Below the pieces are notes generated by a model. It worked only from the letters and a program-made list of their open reading frames with translations. It was not told where the DNA came from and did not search any database. Shown here piece after piece: positions 30,254-40,297 of a stretch of 59,610 bases of DNA (positions within the stretch are counted from its first letter, which is position 1; the number at the start of each line of letters is the position of its first letter). This DNA comes from an uncultured virus (IMG/VR IMGVR_UViG_3300020578_005267) (lineage: Duplodnaviria; Heunggongvirae; Uroviricota; Caudoviricetes): IMG/VR virus record IMGVR_UViG_3300020578_005267; one strand, written 5' to 3'. The translations under genes were made by a program, and so were the position numbers.

Positions 30254-31780
30254 ATGTCAATTTTCAGATCATATTTTAGCAAGAACAATACAATTGTCCA
30301 AAATAATCTTGTGAATACAGGAAGGAATCCTGTCATGCAATTAAATTTTGGAACAAGTCAACAAATTTTACCTCCTGCTGGTTTTTCAAGATTTATATTT
30401 GATTTAGATATAACTTCTTTGACTGAGAAAGTTCAGTCGGGGGAGATATCTACAGGATGTACTAGCGGATACACAGGAATCACTCATACCTTGACAATGA
30501 CAAACACATCTTCATTTGATGAGGAATTACTCAATGGTTTCATGTCAGATGGTGCACGAAGAGCTACATCATTCGATTTGATTCTTTTCAAAATTCCCAA
30601 ATATTCAGGAAGCACAGGATCCCCACAAAATTGGGACGAGGGTGTAGGCTATGATTTTTATCCTTTCGCAATGACACGAAACTCTGCAACAGGACAACTT
30701 TCACCGAACGTAGTTTTTACAGACAAAGCATTTTCAGAAAGACCTTCAAATTGGAGTGCGAGAACCACAATTGAAAATTGGTCATATCCTGGAATATATG
30801 ACAATAGTAACTCACAAATAGGATCACTATCGGGTCTAAATTATTCAGCTCTTACAATTATTGATATACAGCATTTCGAGTTCGGAGATGAAGATATCAA
30901 TTTTGACATGACCAATGAGATTAATTCTATTTTGAGTGGAGGAACAACTGGATCTACAGGTTGGGGTATTGCTTACGTGCCTCAAATTGAAAATATTACT
31001 GGCCTGACTGAAAACTATAGTGTTGGGTTTTTTTCTAGACATACACAAACTTTCTACCAACCATATCTGTTGACAAACTATGATGATTTGATTGACGATG
31101 ATAGAAATACATTTACTAAAGGTAGGATCAACAAACTCTATCTTTACGTATATCAAAATGGTGACTTTGTTAATTTAGATGAACCTCCAACGGTTGATAT
31201 TTTGGACGCAAATGGTGTGGTGGTACCTGATCTAAACGATCTTACCACTTGTTTGGTAACAAAAGGAGTATATGAAGTATCAGTACCAAACTCTTTGGGA
31301 TCATACTCAACACCTTGTATATTCTACGACAATTGGTCAGAGATAATTCTCGACGGTGAAAACTTACCCGCAGTCAAAAATCAATTCGTTTTACAACCAA
31401 TCCAAGCAAATATAATAATTGGATCTCAATCACAGGATCCATCTCAGTTTGGTTTCAGTTTTTACGGTATCAATCAAAATGAAAAGATCCTAAACACAGA
31501 CATTAGAAAAGTTGGTGTGGTGGTAAAAAAAGCATATACTTCCAACACTGTACTACAAAACGTTGAAGCTTACTATCGTATCTATGTCATGGAAGGTCAA
31601 ACGGAAGTGCAAGTACAAAACTGGACTAAGATTAACAGAACCCCTAATGAATTTTATTTCATATTTGATATGAGAGATAAAATACCAAATGAATATTTTG
31701 TTGACATAAGAGTGAATACTAACGGAGAGAAAGATACTTATAAGAAACAATTACAATTTCAAATCGTAAATAAAAAATAA
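30254..31780 (+). CDS. Putative structural protein
   Basis: 508-aa beta-rich ORF after the spike gene, preceded by TATTTATT. Confidence 0.6.
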   Translation: MSIFRSYFSKNNTIVQNNLVNTGRNPVMQLNFGTSQQILPPAGFSRFIFDLDITSLTEKVQSGEISTGCTSGYTGITHTLTMTNTSSFDEELLNGFMSDGARRATSFDLILFKIPKYSGSTGSPQNWDEGVGYDFYPFAMTRNSATGQLSPNVVFTDKAFSERPSNWSARTTIENWSYPGIYDNSNSQIGSLSGLNYSALTIIDIQHFEFGDEDINFDMTNEINSILSGGTTGSTGWGIAYVPQIENITGLTENYSVGFFSRHTQTFYQPYLLTNYDDLIDDDRNTFTKGRINKLYLYVYQNGDFVNLDEPPTVDILDANGVVVPDLNDLTTCLVTKGVYEVSVPNSLGSYSTPCIFYDNWSEIILDGENLPAVKNQFVLQPIQANIIIGSQSQDPSQFGFSFYGINQNEKILNTDIRKVGVVVKKAYTSNTVLQNVEAYYRIYVMEGQTEVQVQNWTKINRTPNEFYFIFDMRDKIPNEYFVDIRVNTNGEKDTYKKQLQFQIVNKK

Positions 31781-32247
31781 TGGCACAGAAAATAGTAAAA
31801 ATATCAGAGTCACAACTAAGTGATATAGTAAAAAAAGTCCTCCAAGAGAATAGAATGGAAAATTACATGACTTTTTCTAATTTGGAGCAAATTAAAAGAC
31901 AAGCAGATATAATATTGAGTATGGATCCTGACATGATTGATTCCATAATTCAAAAAGGTCATGATTGGGCTGATGACCATATTAGTGAAGCTAAAACAAA
32001 TATGGATCAAGTTTTTGATTTTTTTATGAATCATATGAGAGTCGAGGATACGTACATCGAATACGAGGATCTTCAGGAGGGAAGGAAAAAAACAGGTACA
32101 AAACTTTGTGCCAGAGGTAAAGCGGCGGCAAAAGCAAAATTCAAAGTTTACCCTTCTGCTTACGCTAATGGGTATGCAGTGTCTGTTTGTAAAGGAAGAA
32201 TAGCAGGTTTGGATGGTAATAAGCGTTGCTCAGGAGTCTATTGTTAA
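31780..32247 (+). CDS. Hypothetical protein with ISESQL leader and basic Cys-containing C-terminal domain
   Basis: KISESQLSDIVKKVLQE N-terminus; KFKVYPSAYANGYA motif. Confidence 0.65.
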   Translation: MAQKIVKISESQLSDIVKKVLQENRMENYMTFSNLEQIKRQADIILSMDPDMIDSIIQKGHDWADDHISEAKTNMDQVFDFFMNHMRVEDTYIEYEDLQEGRKKTGTKLCARGKAAAKAKFKVYPSAYANGYAVSVCKGRIAGLDGNKRCSGVYC

Positions 32248-32274
32248 TGATTGAATCTTTCTTATATTTGAATA

Positions 32275-32688
32275 ATGGAGAAAAATAAAGTTGTAGGTTT
32301 TTTACCGAGACTTTTGTATCGGATATTTTTAACTCTGAAGGATAAATTTGATCCCAAGCCACTGATTACTAGTGAGGAAGAATTCGCGTGCGAAATAAGT
32401 TTCAAGCTGATTACACATCCAAGTTCAAAATTAAGTTTTTCTCCAATCTCTTCCAAAAGGATCATCAAAAACGAATCTTTGAGGATGTACATATTGATAG
32501 AGAACCATACGATACATATTATCAATCACACGTATAGTTATACTGTTTATGTACAAAGCACAGAAAACTTTCAAAAACTGAAATATTTGTTCGATGAAAA
32601 TTTAGAAAAAACAAGAAACGAACTTGAAAATGAAATTAGGCAGAACATCCAATATTCTCTAAAAACTATACTATCGAGGTTGGATTGA
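32275..32688 (+). CDS. Hypothetical protein
   Basis: 137-aa ORF preceded by TATATTTG (Bacteroidota -7 type element) at 32263-32270. Confidence 0.65.
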   Translation: MEKNKVVGFLPRLLYRIFLTLKDKFDPKPLITSEEEFACEISFKLITHPSSKLSFSPISSKRIIKNESLRMYILIENHTIHIINHTYSYTVYVQSTENFQKLKYLFDENLEKTRNELENEIRQNIQYSLKTILSRLD

Positions 32689-33378
32689 TTCTCTCAAAAC
32701 TTTTTTGATTATTTGTTCTAAACTCTCTTTCCTCGGTTTATACGAGGTCATTACAGGCTTCTGACCCCTACCTGTTTGAGTATCCTTCTTCTCCGCTCTT
32801 CTTTTTTGAGAACATGCAGATTTTTTCTGTGAGTCAGACATTCTTCTTGCAACCCCCATGGCTCTACATTTTGGATAAGATTTGTCGTCAGCTTGAGGTC
32901 TACCACAGGGTGGATGTTTACCATTTTTATCTCTACGGCAAATATTAACCCAAGGACCTTGTGGTTGTTTACTACCCTTTGATTTTTTTTTAGTTCCAAA
33001 CCAAACGGCTAAATCTTCTTTGAGGATTTTTTCAATATCTTTTTCTTCTTTCATGTCAAACTTTTTTTTGTACTTTTTAACGGTTTCAGGATTATAACCA
33101 TGAATATTATCACCTTTATCACTTTTACTATTAGAAACTTTTTTCAACATATTTTTAACCTTCTTATAAAACTTTTCGTCTGTATCTATTTGTTTTTGAT
33201 TTTGACTCATATCCCCATCGTACGAATCGTGAGAATTTTTGGGGCTAACGTATTTGGAAACCGCGTTAGTAAATGGTTGAAGACTACTTTTCTTCCAATC
33301 TTCAGGACCCATAATTATTGGTATCTCATATCTACCAGATCCCTTCGTCCTTGTTGTCTCATTTAGTTTTATAATCAT
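32671..33378 (-). CDS. Basic hypothetical protein with Cys motifs
   Basis: EDLAVWF...PWVNIC...HPPCGR...YPKCR; TATTTATA 10 nt upstream. Confidence 0.65.
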   Translation of the reverse strand: MIIKLNETTRTKGSGRYEIPIIMGPEDWKKSSLQPFTNAVSKYVSPKNSHDSYDGDMSQNQKQIDTDEKFYKKVKNMLKKVSNSKSDKGDNIHGYNPETVKKYKKKFDMKEEKDIEKILKEDLAVWFGTKKKSKGSKQPQGPWVNICRRDKNGKHPPCGRPQADDKSYPKCRAMGVARRMSDSQKKSACSQKRRAEKKDTQTGRGQKPVMTSYKPRKESLEQIIKKVLRESIQPR

Positions 33379-33412
33379 ACTCTTATATTATAAATATTGA
33401 AATAAGAAGATT

Positions 33413-33622
33413 ATGACAGGAACAACAGAATCATATTTTTTATTTGAGACCATTCAATACAAGGATAATAAGTCTTTGGGTATTTTTCTTGACAATCTAA
33501 AAAAAGAACAAGCACTTATGATTGTGTCAGAAGCCCTGAGACACGGGTTTAGAAACGGTCTATTCGATTTGAATGAAAGTGAATCGATATCAAGATCATT
33601 GAGGATACTCGAACAAAATTAG
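33413..33622 (+). CDS. Small hypothetical protein
   Basis: 69-aa ORF with A-rich leader. Confidence 0.55.
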   Translation: MTGTTESYFLFETIQYKDNKSLGIFLDNLKKEQALMIVSEALRHGFRNGLFDLNESESISRSLRILEQN

Positions 33623-33624
33623 AA

Positions 33625-33780
33625 AGGGCTATTTTCATAAATTCTGATACTTGTAGACAAACTGGTCTTGGAAACCAAAGTTGTGGGGTGTATCCGTTCG
33701 ACTCCGACCACAGTTAATTGCAATTACATCCCTTTAGGACTATTATCTTTATCCTCTCAGGGTATATCACAAATTTATTA
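33625..33780 (-). ncRNA. Candidate structured non-coding RNA of unknown family
   Basis: ORF-free, locally GC-richer gap with three consecutive hairpins; G-U pairs in the first hairpin favour the minus strand. Confidence 0.3.
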
Positions 33781-33921
33781 TTAGTGTCTTAAAAAGGTTT
33801 AAAACCATATCTAACTGTTTCTTATGACAATACCTGTATGATGAAACTGAAATACTCTTATATTTTTAGAGATTTTTTTTATTTTTGAGCAAATTTATTT
33901 AATATTGCACAAAATAATCTT

Positions 33922-34338
33922 ATGAAAAAAATTATATTACTTTTATTTGTATGCCCTTTATTTTTCATAAATGTTGCTGCACAAATAAAAAAAGAAAATG
34001 CTCCAGTTCTAAAATACGTTGATTCAATTATCGGAAAGCACGTGACCTTTGTTTCTTGGTACAACAAAAAGGACACGATTAAGGTAACACAATTAAGAAT
34101 TTTTGATTTTGAAAAAAAGATATATTTAGATTACTATGAAGATGATATCAAAAAATTGTATCCAATCTTATTCAGGGGTTTTACAATTAAGGTAGATACT
34201 CCACTTAGTAGTGCCGACTGGAGCTACATTATAAATCTTGATTTCATCCACGCCATCTATTTTTTGAATAGGACCTATCTTATGAACTCCTTTCCCCATT
34301 TCGGAAGTAAGGATACCCCATGGGAAATATTCACCTAA
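33922..34338 (+). CDS. Secreted hypothetical protein with signal peptide
   Basis: MKKIILLLFVCPLFFINVAA|Q Sec signal peptide; the last 57 codons overlap the convergent gene. Confidence 0.55.
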   Translation: MKKIILLLFVCPLFFINVAAQIKKENAPVLKYVDSIIGKHVTFVSWYNKKDTIKVTQLRIFDFEKKIYLDYYEDDIKKLYPILFRGFTIKVDTPLSSADWSYIINLDFIHAIYFLNRTYLMNSFPHFGSKDTPWEIFT

Positions 34339-35394
34339 GTCTGACAATAATCTTTTCTTTTTACCCGACCTGTCAAATCTATTGAAAGCATCCATATATT
34401 GACTATTAGACAAAGAAGAGTTGGGTCCAAAAGTATTTCGGAAACTTTCAGATAGTCCCCATTTCTTCATTTCATCTAATGAATCAATTATTCTCGAATC
34501 ATTTGAATTCAAACCTGTAATTTTATTATCACCCATTTGAGCAGGTAAATCAGCGTTACCAAATTTCGATCTCAAAGAGGTGCCCAAGAAAATCCTATAA
34601 GGATCAGTATTGAGACCTCTAAATAATGTATCACCATAAATCTTACCATTGTATTCAAAATAAATGATATCAGGCATATTAATAGTTTCAATTGTAATAT
34701 AAACAAGACCCTCTCCTCTATTCAACTTCCAAGGAACTATTTGAGTAAAATCTAAATCAGCCATCAAATACCCACCTTCATTTTTTAGCGGTTCCGTATT
34801 ACACAAAAATTTTGTTTTCACTACTTCTGTAGTTTTAGAACCTGAACCCGTGATATCAAAATTTACAAACTGCTCTTCTCTGTATTTTCTCTTTTTATCG
34901 GGGTTGTTTTGGTCACCTCTTTTATATGGTGTTTCCCCTATTTTTACATGATCAACATCGGGAGGTATAGAAATAACAAGTGTGCCTTTTTTTACAAAAT
35001 AAGGGAATATTTCTTCAAAATATTTTTTTATGCTTCTGGCTCTTTCTAATGCCAAACTCCCTTTTTTTTCGAATCCTTTCGGATTTGTAACTTGGGACTC
35101 TCCCGCAGATACATTCACAATGAATTTATTAGCATCAGTTTTATCAATAAAATCTTCGATTTGAGGTTTTAATCTTTGAATCTCTGATTTTACAGAGGGT
35201 GAGTCATAAACCCCATACTCGAATTTGTCTCCGAGCTTCTGTGTTGGAAAATATTTTTCTTCCGTTTTTTTGTCGATACCAATTACAACCTCTGTCTGTT
35301 CTCTCAGAATATAATGATTTTTTGTTGCGATTTTATGTAAATTTAAAATCCTTAGAACTTCATTCGAATCAATATTCAAATTTTGTTTTATCAT
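34168..35394 (-). CDS. Hypothetical protein with an OmpA-C-like segment
   Basis: IVNVSAGES...SLALERARSIKKYF...EQFVNFDI loosely matches the OmpA C-terminal fold; TATTTATA 3 nt upstream. Confidence 0.5.
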   Translation of the reverse strand: MIKQNLNIDSNEVLRILNLHKIATKNHYILREQTEVVIGIDKKTEEKYFPTQKLGDKFEYGVYDSPSVKSEIQRLKPQIEDFIDKTDANKFIVNVSAGESQVTNPKGFEKKGSLALERARSIKKYFEEIFPYFVKKGTLVISIPPDVDHVKIGETPYKRGDQNNPDKKRKYREEQFVNFDITGSGSKTTEVVKTKFLCNTEPLKNEGGYLMADLDFTQIVPWKLNRGEGLVYITIETINMPDIIYFEYNGKIYGDTLFRGLNTDPYRIFLGTSLRSKFGNADLPAQMGDNKITGLNSNDSRIIDSLDEMKKWGLSESFRNTFGPNSSLSNSQYMDAFNRFDRSGKKKRLLSDLGEYFPWGILTSEMGKGVHKIGPIQKIDGVDEIKIYNVAPVGTTKWSIYLNCKTPE

Positions 35395-35412
35395 GTTTAT
35401 AAATATAAAAAT

Positions 35413-35441
35413 AAAAAAAAAAGGGTCCCGAAGGACCCTTT
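35413..35441 (-). terminator. Rho-independent terminator after the major capsid gene
   Basis: AAAGGGTCC-TTCG-GGACCCTTT stem with a C(UUCG)G tetraloop and a long T-run on the minus strand. Confidence 0.85.
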
Positions 35442-35461
35442 AATATTTTGGTTAGACCATA

Positions 35462-37264
35462 TTATCTTAACTCTCTCAAATCAAATGTTCTAACTCCATC
35501 AACTGTGATTCTACCATAGAAACGGTTGTTAACCATTTTCTTAGCGTATCTAGTCATGATACCCTTGATAGGTGTGAAGTTGAATGGGTTATACATTGTT
35601 GGAGTAAGTTGTAAAGGTACATATGGTGCGTAGATATAACCTGTGTCAAGTAATGATGTTCCTTTATGACCCAATAACACTTGGTTTGCTGGGAAGTAAG
35701 GATCTCTATAAACTTGATATCTACCAGAAAGAGAACCAACTCTTTCAATACCCATGTTGTATTGATCTTGCTCAGGAGCCGCGTTTGATACGTGGAAATA
35801 TTCCAAATCATCAAAAATTGCACTGATTTCAGAAGATACAACGATCCAGTTAGCACCACCTCTTAGAGTTGATTTGTGGATCTGAGCTGAAATTTGGTTG
35901 ATTGCTGTGATAAGCGTCTGGTTCCAGTCCTTTTGTGTATAAGGTACTGCATTGCTACCCAATTGCTTCCATCCGTTATAGTTCCATCTTAAGTTCCAAG
36001 CTGCACCTTTTCTAAGGTCTCTTAGGATCTCTCTATCGATTTCAGCTGCAACTTGCTCTGATAATAGAGCAGTTAATTCAGCTTCAGCATCGATGTTGTG
36101 GAATGCCGCAACGTCTTGAGCCAATTCAGGTGACCATTGAGCTCTTAGTTTTCTTTCAGTTACAGATACTGTTACAGCCTGTAGATCGAAAGAAACCTCA
36201 CCCAATCTGTCTTCGAATTCCATTTCTTTGTAAACTCTATACTTACACTTGAATGCTTGGTTGTAGTCTGTGTTCACTGTTGTAGTGAATCCAGAATAAC
36301 CATCAAGTGAAGAAGAAGTTACTTCACAAGGAACTTGAAGATCAGCTTCAAGATAAATTACGCCATTAGCATCGCATATGTTGTTGTAAGATCCACCATT
36401 ACCTGTTGAAGGGAATGAAGTAGTTGCTTGTCCACCGTATTGTACAATACCTTGTCCGTAAACCTGAGTTACAACTCTGAATAATACTGGTGAGTTAACA
36501 CCTGAGAATCCATTAGCGGTTGCATTAGTGATTGGAAGAACTTGTAAAGAAGATAAGAAAGCTTCAGTATCTTGTTCGTTACCGTCTGGTCCGATCAATT
36601 GACCTTGACCTGCACTGTTGAAACCTGAGAGTGCCATGATTACTTTTCTGTAAGTACCTGCAACGTATCCTGATTGGATTAGAGCACTTCCTGCAGAATT
36701 CCATACTTGCGTAGAAGCTGTAATGGTCTCTGCCGAAAATGTACCTTTGGAATAATCGAATAGACCTGGGGGATCCAAATCTGGTTCGTTACCCTCATAG
36801 AAAAGATCATAAAGATCTTTATCGTATTGGTTGTAACCAGCATTTTGTGATGACGGTCCGTTAGGTGCCCCAAACGGTGCATAGTGATCACCACCATTTG
36901 TAGGTAATAATTCATCCGGAGACTGATATCTCTGAATGTGAGGTACGAAGTAGAACAACTTACCAATTGGTAGGTTCATAGCTTGTACTGAAACGATATC
37001 GTTAGCTAAAAGTTTAGAGAAAACTCTTCTAACGATTGGGAAAACTACAGTTTCGAAAGAACCTGATGAGTCAGTTGTAGCTGCTTCATTGATCAAATAT
37101 GATGCTTGGTTTTCGAAAAGCTGAGCGATGTTTTCCTTTTGGTGACCTTTAAGACCCTCTAAGAATCCTAATTTGTCCCATTTGTTGATAGTGTCTTCCT
37201 TGATAACTTTAAGGTGCTTAAGACCGATGTTACCAACGAGACCTGATTCTAATAATGCTCCCAT
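35462..37264 (-). CDS. Major capsid protein (T4 gp23-like)
   Basis: VRRVF..LLANDIVSVQAMNLPIG, RKLRAQWSPELAQDVAAFHNIDAEAEL, EIDREI, YAPYVPL and GIMTRY motifs. Confidence 0.92.
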   Translation of the reverse strand: MGALLESGLVGNIGLKHLKVIKEDTINKWDKLGFLEGLKGHQKENIAQLFENQASYLINEAATTDSSGSFETVVFPIVRRVFSKLLANDIVSVQAMNLPIGKLFYFVPHIQRYQSPDELLPTNGGDHYAPFGAPNGPSSQNAGYNQYDKDLYDLFYEGNEPDLDPPGLFDYSKGTFSAETITASTQVWNSAGSALIQSGYVAGTYRKVIMALSGFNSAGQGQLIGPDGNEQDTEAFLSSLQVLPITNATANGFSGVNSPVLFRVVTQVYGQGIVQYGGQATTSFPSTGNGGSYNNICDANGVIYLEADLQVPCEVTSSSLDGYSGFTTTVNTDYNQAFKCKYRVYKEMEFEDRLGEVSFDLQAVTVSVTERKLRAQWSPELAQDVAAFHNIDAEAELTALLSEQVAAEIDREILRDLRKGAAWNLRWNYNGWKQLGSNAVPYTQKDWNQTLITAINQISAQIHKSTLRGGANWIVVSSEISAIFDDLEYFHVSNAAPEQDQYNMGIERVGSLSGRYQVYRDPYFPANQVLLGHKGTSLLDTGYIYAPYVPLQLTPTMYNPFNFTPIKGIMTRYAKKMVNNRFYGRITVDGVRTFDLRELR

Positions 37265-37293
37265 TTTTTATTTTTTTTTGTTTTTATATTTTA

Positions 37294-38934
37294 TTATCCA
37301 ATCTTATTCATAAGATCCTTAATTCTTAAGAATTGAGGTGCTTCGTAAGTCTTGGTTTCTATTAGATTTGTTGCTGACCCAGTAGATACAACCTTTTCGA
37401 TTTTACCAACTGATTCGTTGATAGATTTAGAAGGTGTTGTTTCAGTTTGTGACAACTCATCTTTTAGAGTTTTGTATAGGTTTTTAGATTCTTTCAATGA
37501 TTCAACACTATCAAATCTTCTAAGGATGTTAATTTTTTCCTTTTTAGTTGTAGTATGTTCTGTGAATAATCTAGTAGCGTAAGCTAAATTTGAATTGAAG
37601 ATTGCAACTTCATTTAGTTTCGATCTGAAAATGTTAAGTGCTTTTCTGTACTCTTCATTTTTTTCTCTAAGTTGTTTCACTTCTACTTCAAGGGATTCGT
37701 ATGTGAGGTTTCTGTTATTAGTAATACCTTTTCTTAGACCTCTCGAATTATCCGCTGATCCAAACCCGTAAGTTCTAGCAGCTTCTTTGGTTTCTCTTTT
37801 TTCGAAACCAGCATCATCTCTACGAGCCTTAGTGGTTTTAAGGTTTTTCGAAGCAATTTTACCATGCTTCATTGATAACCTTTCATCCTCTTTGTCTTTG
37901 TATCCTTGACCTTCTTTTGTCTCTGCTTTAACAACTTTGGATTTTCCCTCCATATTTTCACCTTTCTTGTATTCAAATTTAGGTTTACCCATACCAACGC
38001 CTTTTGTTCCTTGCTTCATTTTCTTTGGTGATTTGTATTCAGTCTCACCGTCATATTTGAAGTCAGGTTTTCCGATGCCCTTACCTACTGGTTTTACGGC
38101 CATCTTAGCCTCTTTTACTCCGACCTTTTCATGGTCGTAAGATTCTTCAGTTGTGTCAATGTCGAATTGCATTTCTTCGTCTTCTTCTTCAATGTTATGA
38201 TGCATTCCTTCATAGGTATCCTCTTCGATTTCTTCAATCTCTTCCTCTTCCTCAATATCATCATCTTCCTCAATATCATCATCTTCGTCAAGACTAATCT
38301 CATAAACAATTTCATCAACTTCTTCGTCTTCGTTATCATCCTCTTCTAAAGAATGATCGGAATCGAAAAGTTTGTCAACGATCATGTCAATGTTTTCATC
38401 ACTTACAGTATTCATGTCGGGTCCATCAGAATCCACATCCATGTCCTCCTCCATGTCATCTTGTTCGACTGTTTCTTCTTTCATAGATTCTCCTAATTTA
38501 ACAAGGTATTCAGCGTCCTGATTGTTATCAGTAATATGAATATCATTACCATCTTTTTTAACGATGATTCCATCTTCTTCGCCCATTGCTTTAAAAATTT
38601 TAAGAATTTCTTCGTCAGATGCTCCTGTTAAGTCTATAGGACTTTCAGAATCCATATCCATGTCCATCTCAATGTCCATGTCCATTTCATCTTCATTATC
38701 AACCTCAGTATCCATTTCATCTTCATCAGAATCCATTTCATCATCAGTATCTACTTCTGAGTCTAAGTCAACCTCATCTTCATCGTCTTGCTCCGATAGA
38801 GATTCTTTTACTAATTGCCCGATTTCTTCTTTCATTGTAGAACGAAGTATTCCTTTTGCATTCTCGGCGATTGCTTGTTCAACATTTTTCATTTGAATCA
38901 ACGCCTCTTCAACAATTGATTTATTTTCTTGCAT
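37294..38934 (-). CDS. Prohead core scaffolding protein (gp22-like), highly acidic
   Basis: Lies between the protease and capsid genes; D/E-rich middle region and coiled-coil C-terminus. Confidence 0.65.
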   Translation of the reverse strand: MQENKSIVEEALIQMKNVEQAIAENAKGILRSTMKEEIGQLVKESLSEQDDEDEVDLDSEVDTDDEMDSDEDEMDTEVDNEDEMDMDIEMDMDMDSESPIDLTGASDEEILKIFKAMGEEDGIIVKKDGNDIHITDNNQDAEYLVKLGESMKEETVEQDDMEEDMDVDSDGPDMNTVSDENIDMIVDKLFDSDHSLEEDDNEDEEVDEIVYEISLDEDDDIEEDDDIEEEEEIEEIEEDTYEGMHHNIEEEDEEMQFDIDTTEESYDHEKVGVKEAKMAVKPVGKGIGKPDFKYDGETEYKSPKKMKQGTKGVGMGKPKFEYKKGENMEGKSKVVKAETKEGQGYKDKEDERLSMKHGKIASKNLKTTKARRDDAGFEKRETKEAARTYGFGSADNSRGLRKGITNNRNLTYESLEVEVKQLREKNEEYRKALNIFRSKLNEVAIFNSNLAYATRLFTEHTTTKKEKINILRRFDSVESLKESKNLYKTLKDELSQTETTPSKSINESVGKIEKVVSTGSATNLIETKTYEAPQFLRIKDLMNKIG

Positions 38935-38990
38935 AATAAATTGTTATTATTTTAACTTATAAATAGTGTGTTAATTGAAAAAATTTCGTT

Positions 38991-39302
38991 TTACGCTAAC
39001 ACAATTTGAGTTTTTTGAAATCTCTGTATTGTTGCGTCAGGATAGTTTGAACTGACCCAACTCAAAACGTTAGATTCTGTTGTATCAAACACGATAAGAC
39101 TTCTAAAAGAACCTGAATCATTTAGTTCCACAGTAAAACCTGAACCGGTTGGATCATTTTTCACTATTTCTACCTCGTACTTGATTAGATTATATTGTGC
39201 CAATCCAAGAGATTGTGCCAAATTTATACCATTTTGAATAGTACCGTTTTCAATCACTTTTTTTGGAGAATCTGATATAGGAGAAGTTAATAGGATATTC
39301 AT
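38991..39302 (-). CDS. Hypothetical protein
   Basis: 103-aa ORF with TATTTATA 10 nt upstream. Confidence 0.6.
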   Translation of the reverse strand: MNILLTSPISDSPKKVIENGTIQNGINLAQSLGLAQYNLIKYEVEIVKNDPTGSGFTVELNDSGSFRSLIVFDTTESNVLSWVSSNYPDATIQRFQKTQIVLA

Positions 39303-39329
39303 AATTTTTTTTTATAAATATCACCAAAT

Positions 39330-39355
39330 AAAAAAAGTGGTCTCAAACCACTTTT
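39330..39355 (-). terminator. Rho-independent terminator
   Basis: AAAAGTGGT/ACCACTTTT stem with a T-tract on the minus strand. Confidence 0.65.
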
Positions 39356-39563
39356 AATTAATTACTTCATCAATTTTACTTTCAGATACCGAGGTGATCC
39401 TCCATTCATTTGAGAAACCTTCGAATCTATTTGTAACTTTAGCTTCAACATCGGTTACCGAAAAACCTTTAACAAGTTTTTCTTCTTTGATTTTTTTAAT
39501 TTTTCCTGTGTTTTCATCAGGTAAATCATAAGTAATTTTTGCAACAAAAAATTTTTCGTTCAT
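39354..39563 (-). CDS. DUF4494-like small protein
   Basis: FFVAKITY..DENTGKIKKIKE..LV...SVTDVEAKV pattern resembles the Bacteroidota DUF4494 family (recognised from memory). Confidence 0.5.
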   Translation of the reverse strand: MNEKFFVAKITYDLPDENTGKIKKIKEEKLVKGFSVTDVEAKVTNRFEGFSNEWRITSVSESKIDEVIN

Positions 39564-39572
39564 GGTTTAGAA

Positions 39573-40286
39573 TTATCTATCTAAATAATCGGTGAGTTTT
39601 TTCATTAAATCAATAGACTTATTTCCTTCAATTTTTACCTCAGTAATTTTCTCCTCCTCTAAATTTTCTTCATATTTCATTCTATCTTCAACATTCGGGA
39701 ATAAATATGCTCCTGGTGTTGACGGTGATGAAACAAGATCAAAACATATTAGTTCGAAGTCATCTTGTACTTCATTCCTCTCCCCTATTTTTTTCAAGGA
39801 TCCAACGCCACGAGATGATACTCCCATAGTGACTCCTTGTCTTAAAAGATTTGCTGCGATATCTCCTTTGGTGGACACAATGCCACTCTCATGAAAACCT
39901 GGAGATGTTAATAATTTTAATTTACCCATTAAAATATTACCTTCCCACCATATGTCAGTAATTATGTGTGATACTCTGTCAAGATCAATTAACGAAGACT
40001 CAGGGTGATTTAATTCAGAAGTTGATAGTCCTTTTTTGATTGTGTTTTTATATTTTTCTGCCTCTCTCTTTAGTATGGTCTCGGGATAAAATCTTCCATT
40101 TCTGTTAGCTGTATTATATTTTTGGAGTACAGCATAAAATTCGAATGGTTTTTTGTAGTCTCTATCTTGAGCTTCTTTCAAAATAGATTCATTCAACTTA
40201 TCTAATGGAGATAGATATCCAGCATCATCCTCAATCAAAATTCCTTTTCCTGTTTCATGTGGTCCAAGTATTTTATATTGTTTCAT
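39573..40286 (-). CDS. Prohead core protease (T4 gp21-like)
   Basis: NRNGRFYP, ELNHP, GVSSRGVGS and FDLVSSPSTPGA motifs. Confidence 0.9.
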   Translation of the reverse strand: MKQYKILGPHETGKGILIEDDAGYLSPLDKLNESILKEAQDRDYKKPFEFYAVLQKYNTANRNGRFYPETILKREAEKYKNTIKKGLSTSELNHPESSLIDLDRVSHIITDIWWEGNILMGKLKLLTSPGFHESGIVSTKGDIAANLLRQGVTMGVSSRGVGSLKKIGERNEVQDDFELICFDLVSSPSTPGAYLFPNVEDRMKYEENLEEEKITEVKIEGNKSIDLMKKLTDYLDR

Positions 40287-40297
40287 CAAAACTTTTT

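Noticed and set aside
33662..33713. tRNA-Pro-like elements on the plus strand (TGGT-CTTGGAA-ACCA and GTTCGACTCC)
   Set aside because: No acceptor stem, D-arm or proper 5-bp T-stem can be formed; kept only as part of the candidate ncRNA
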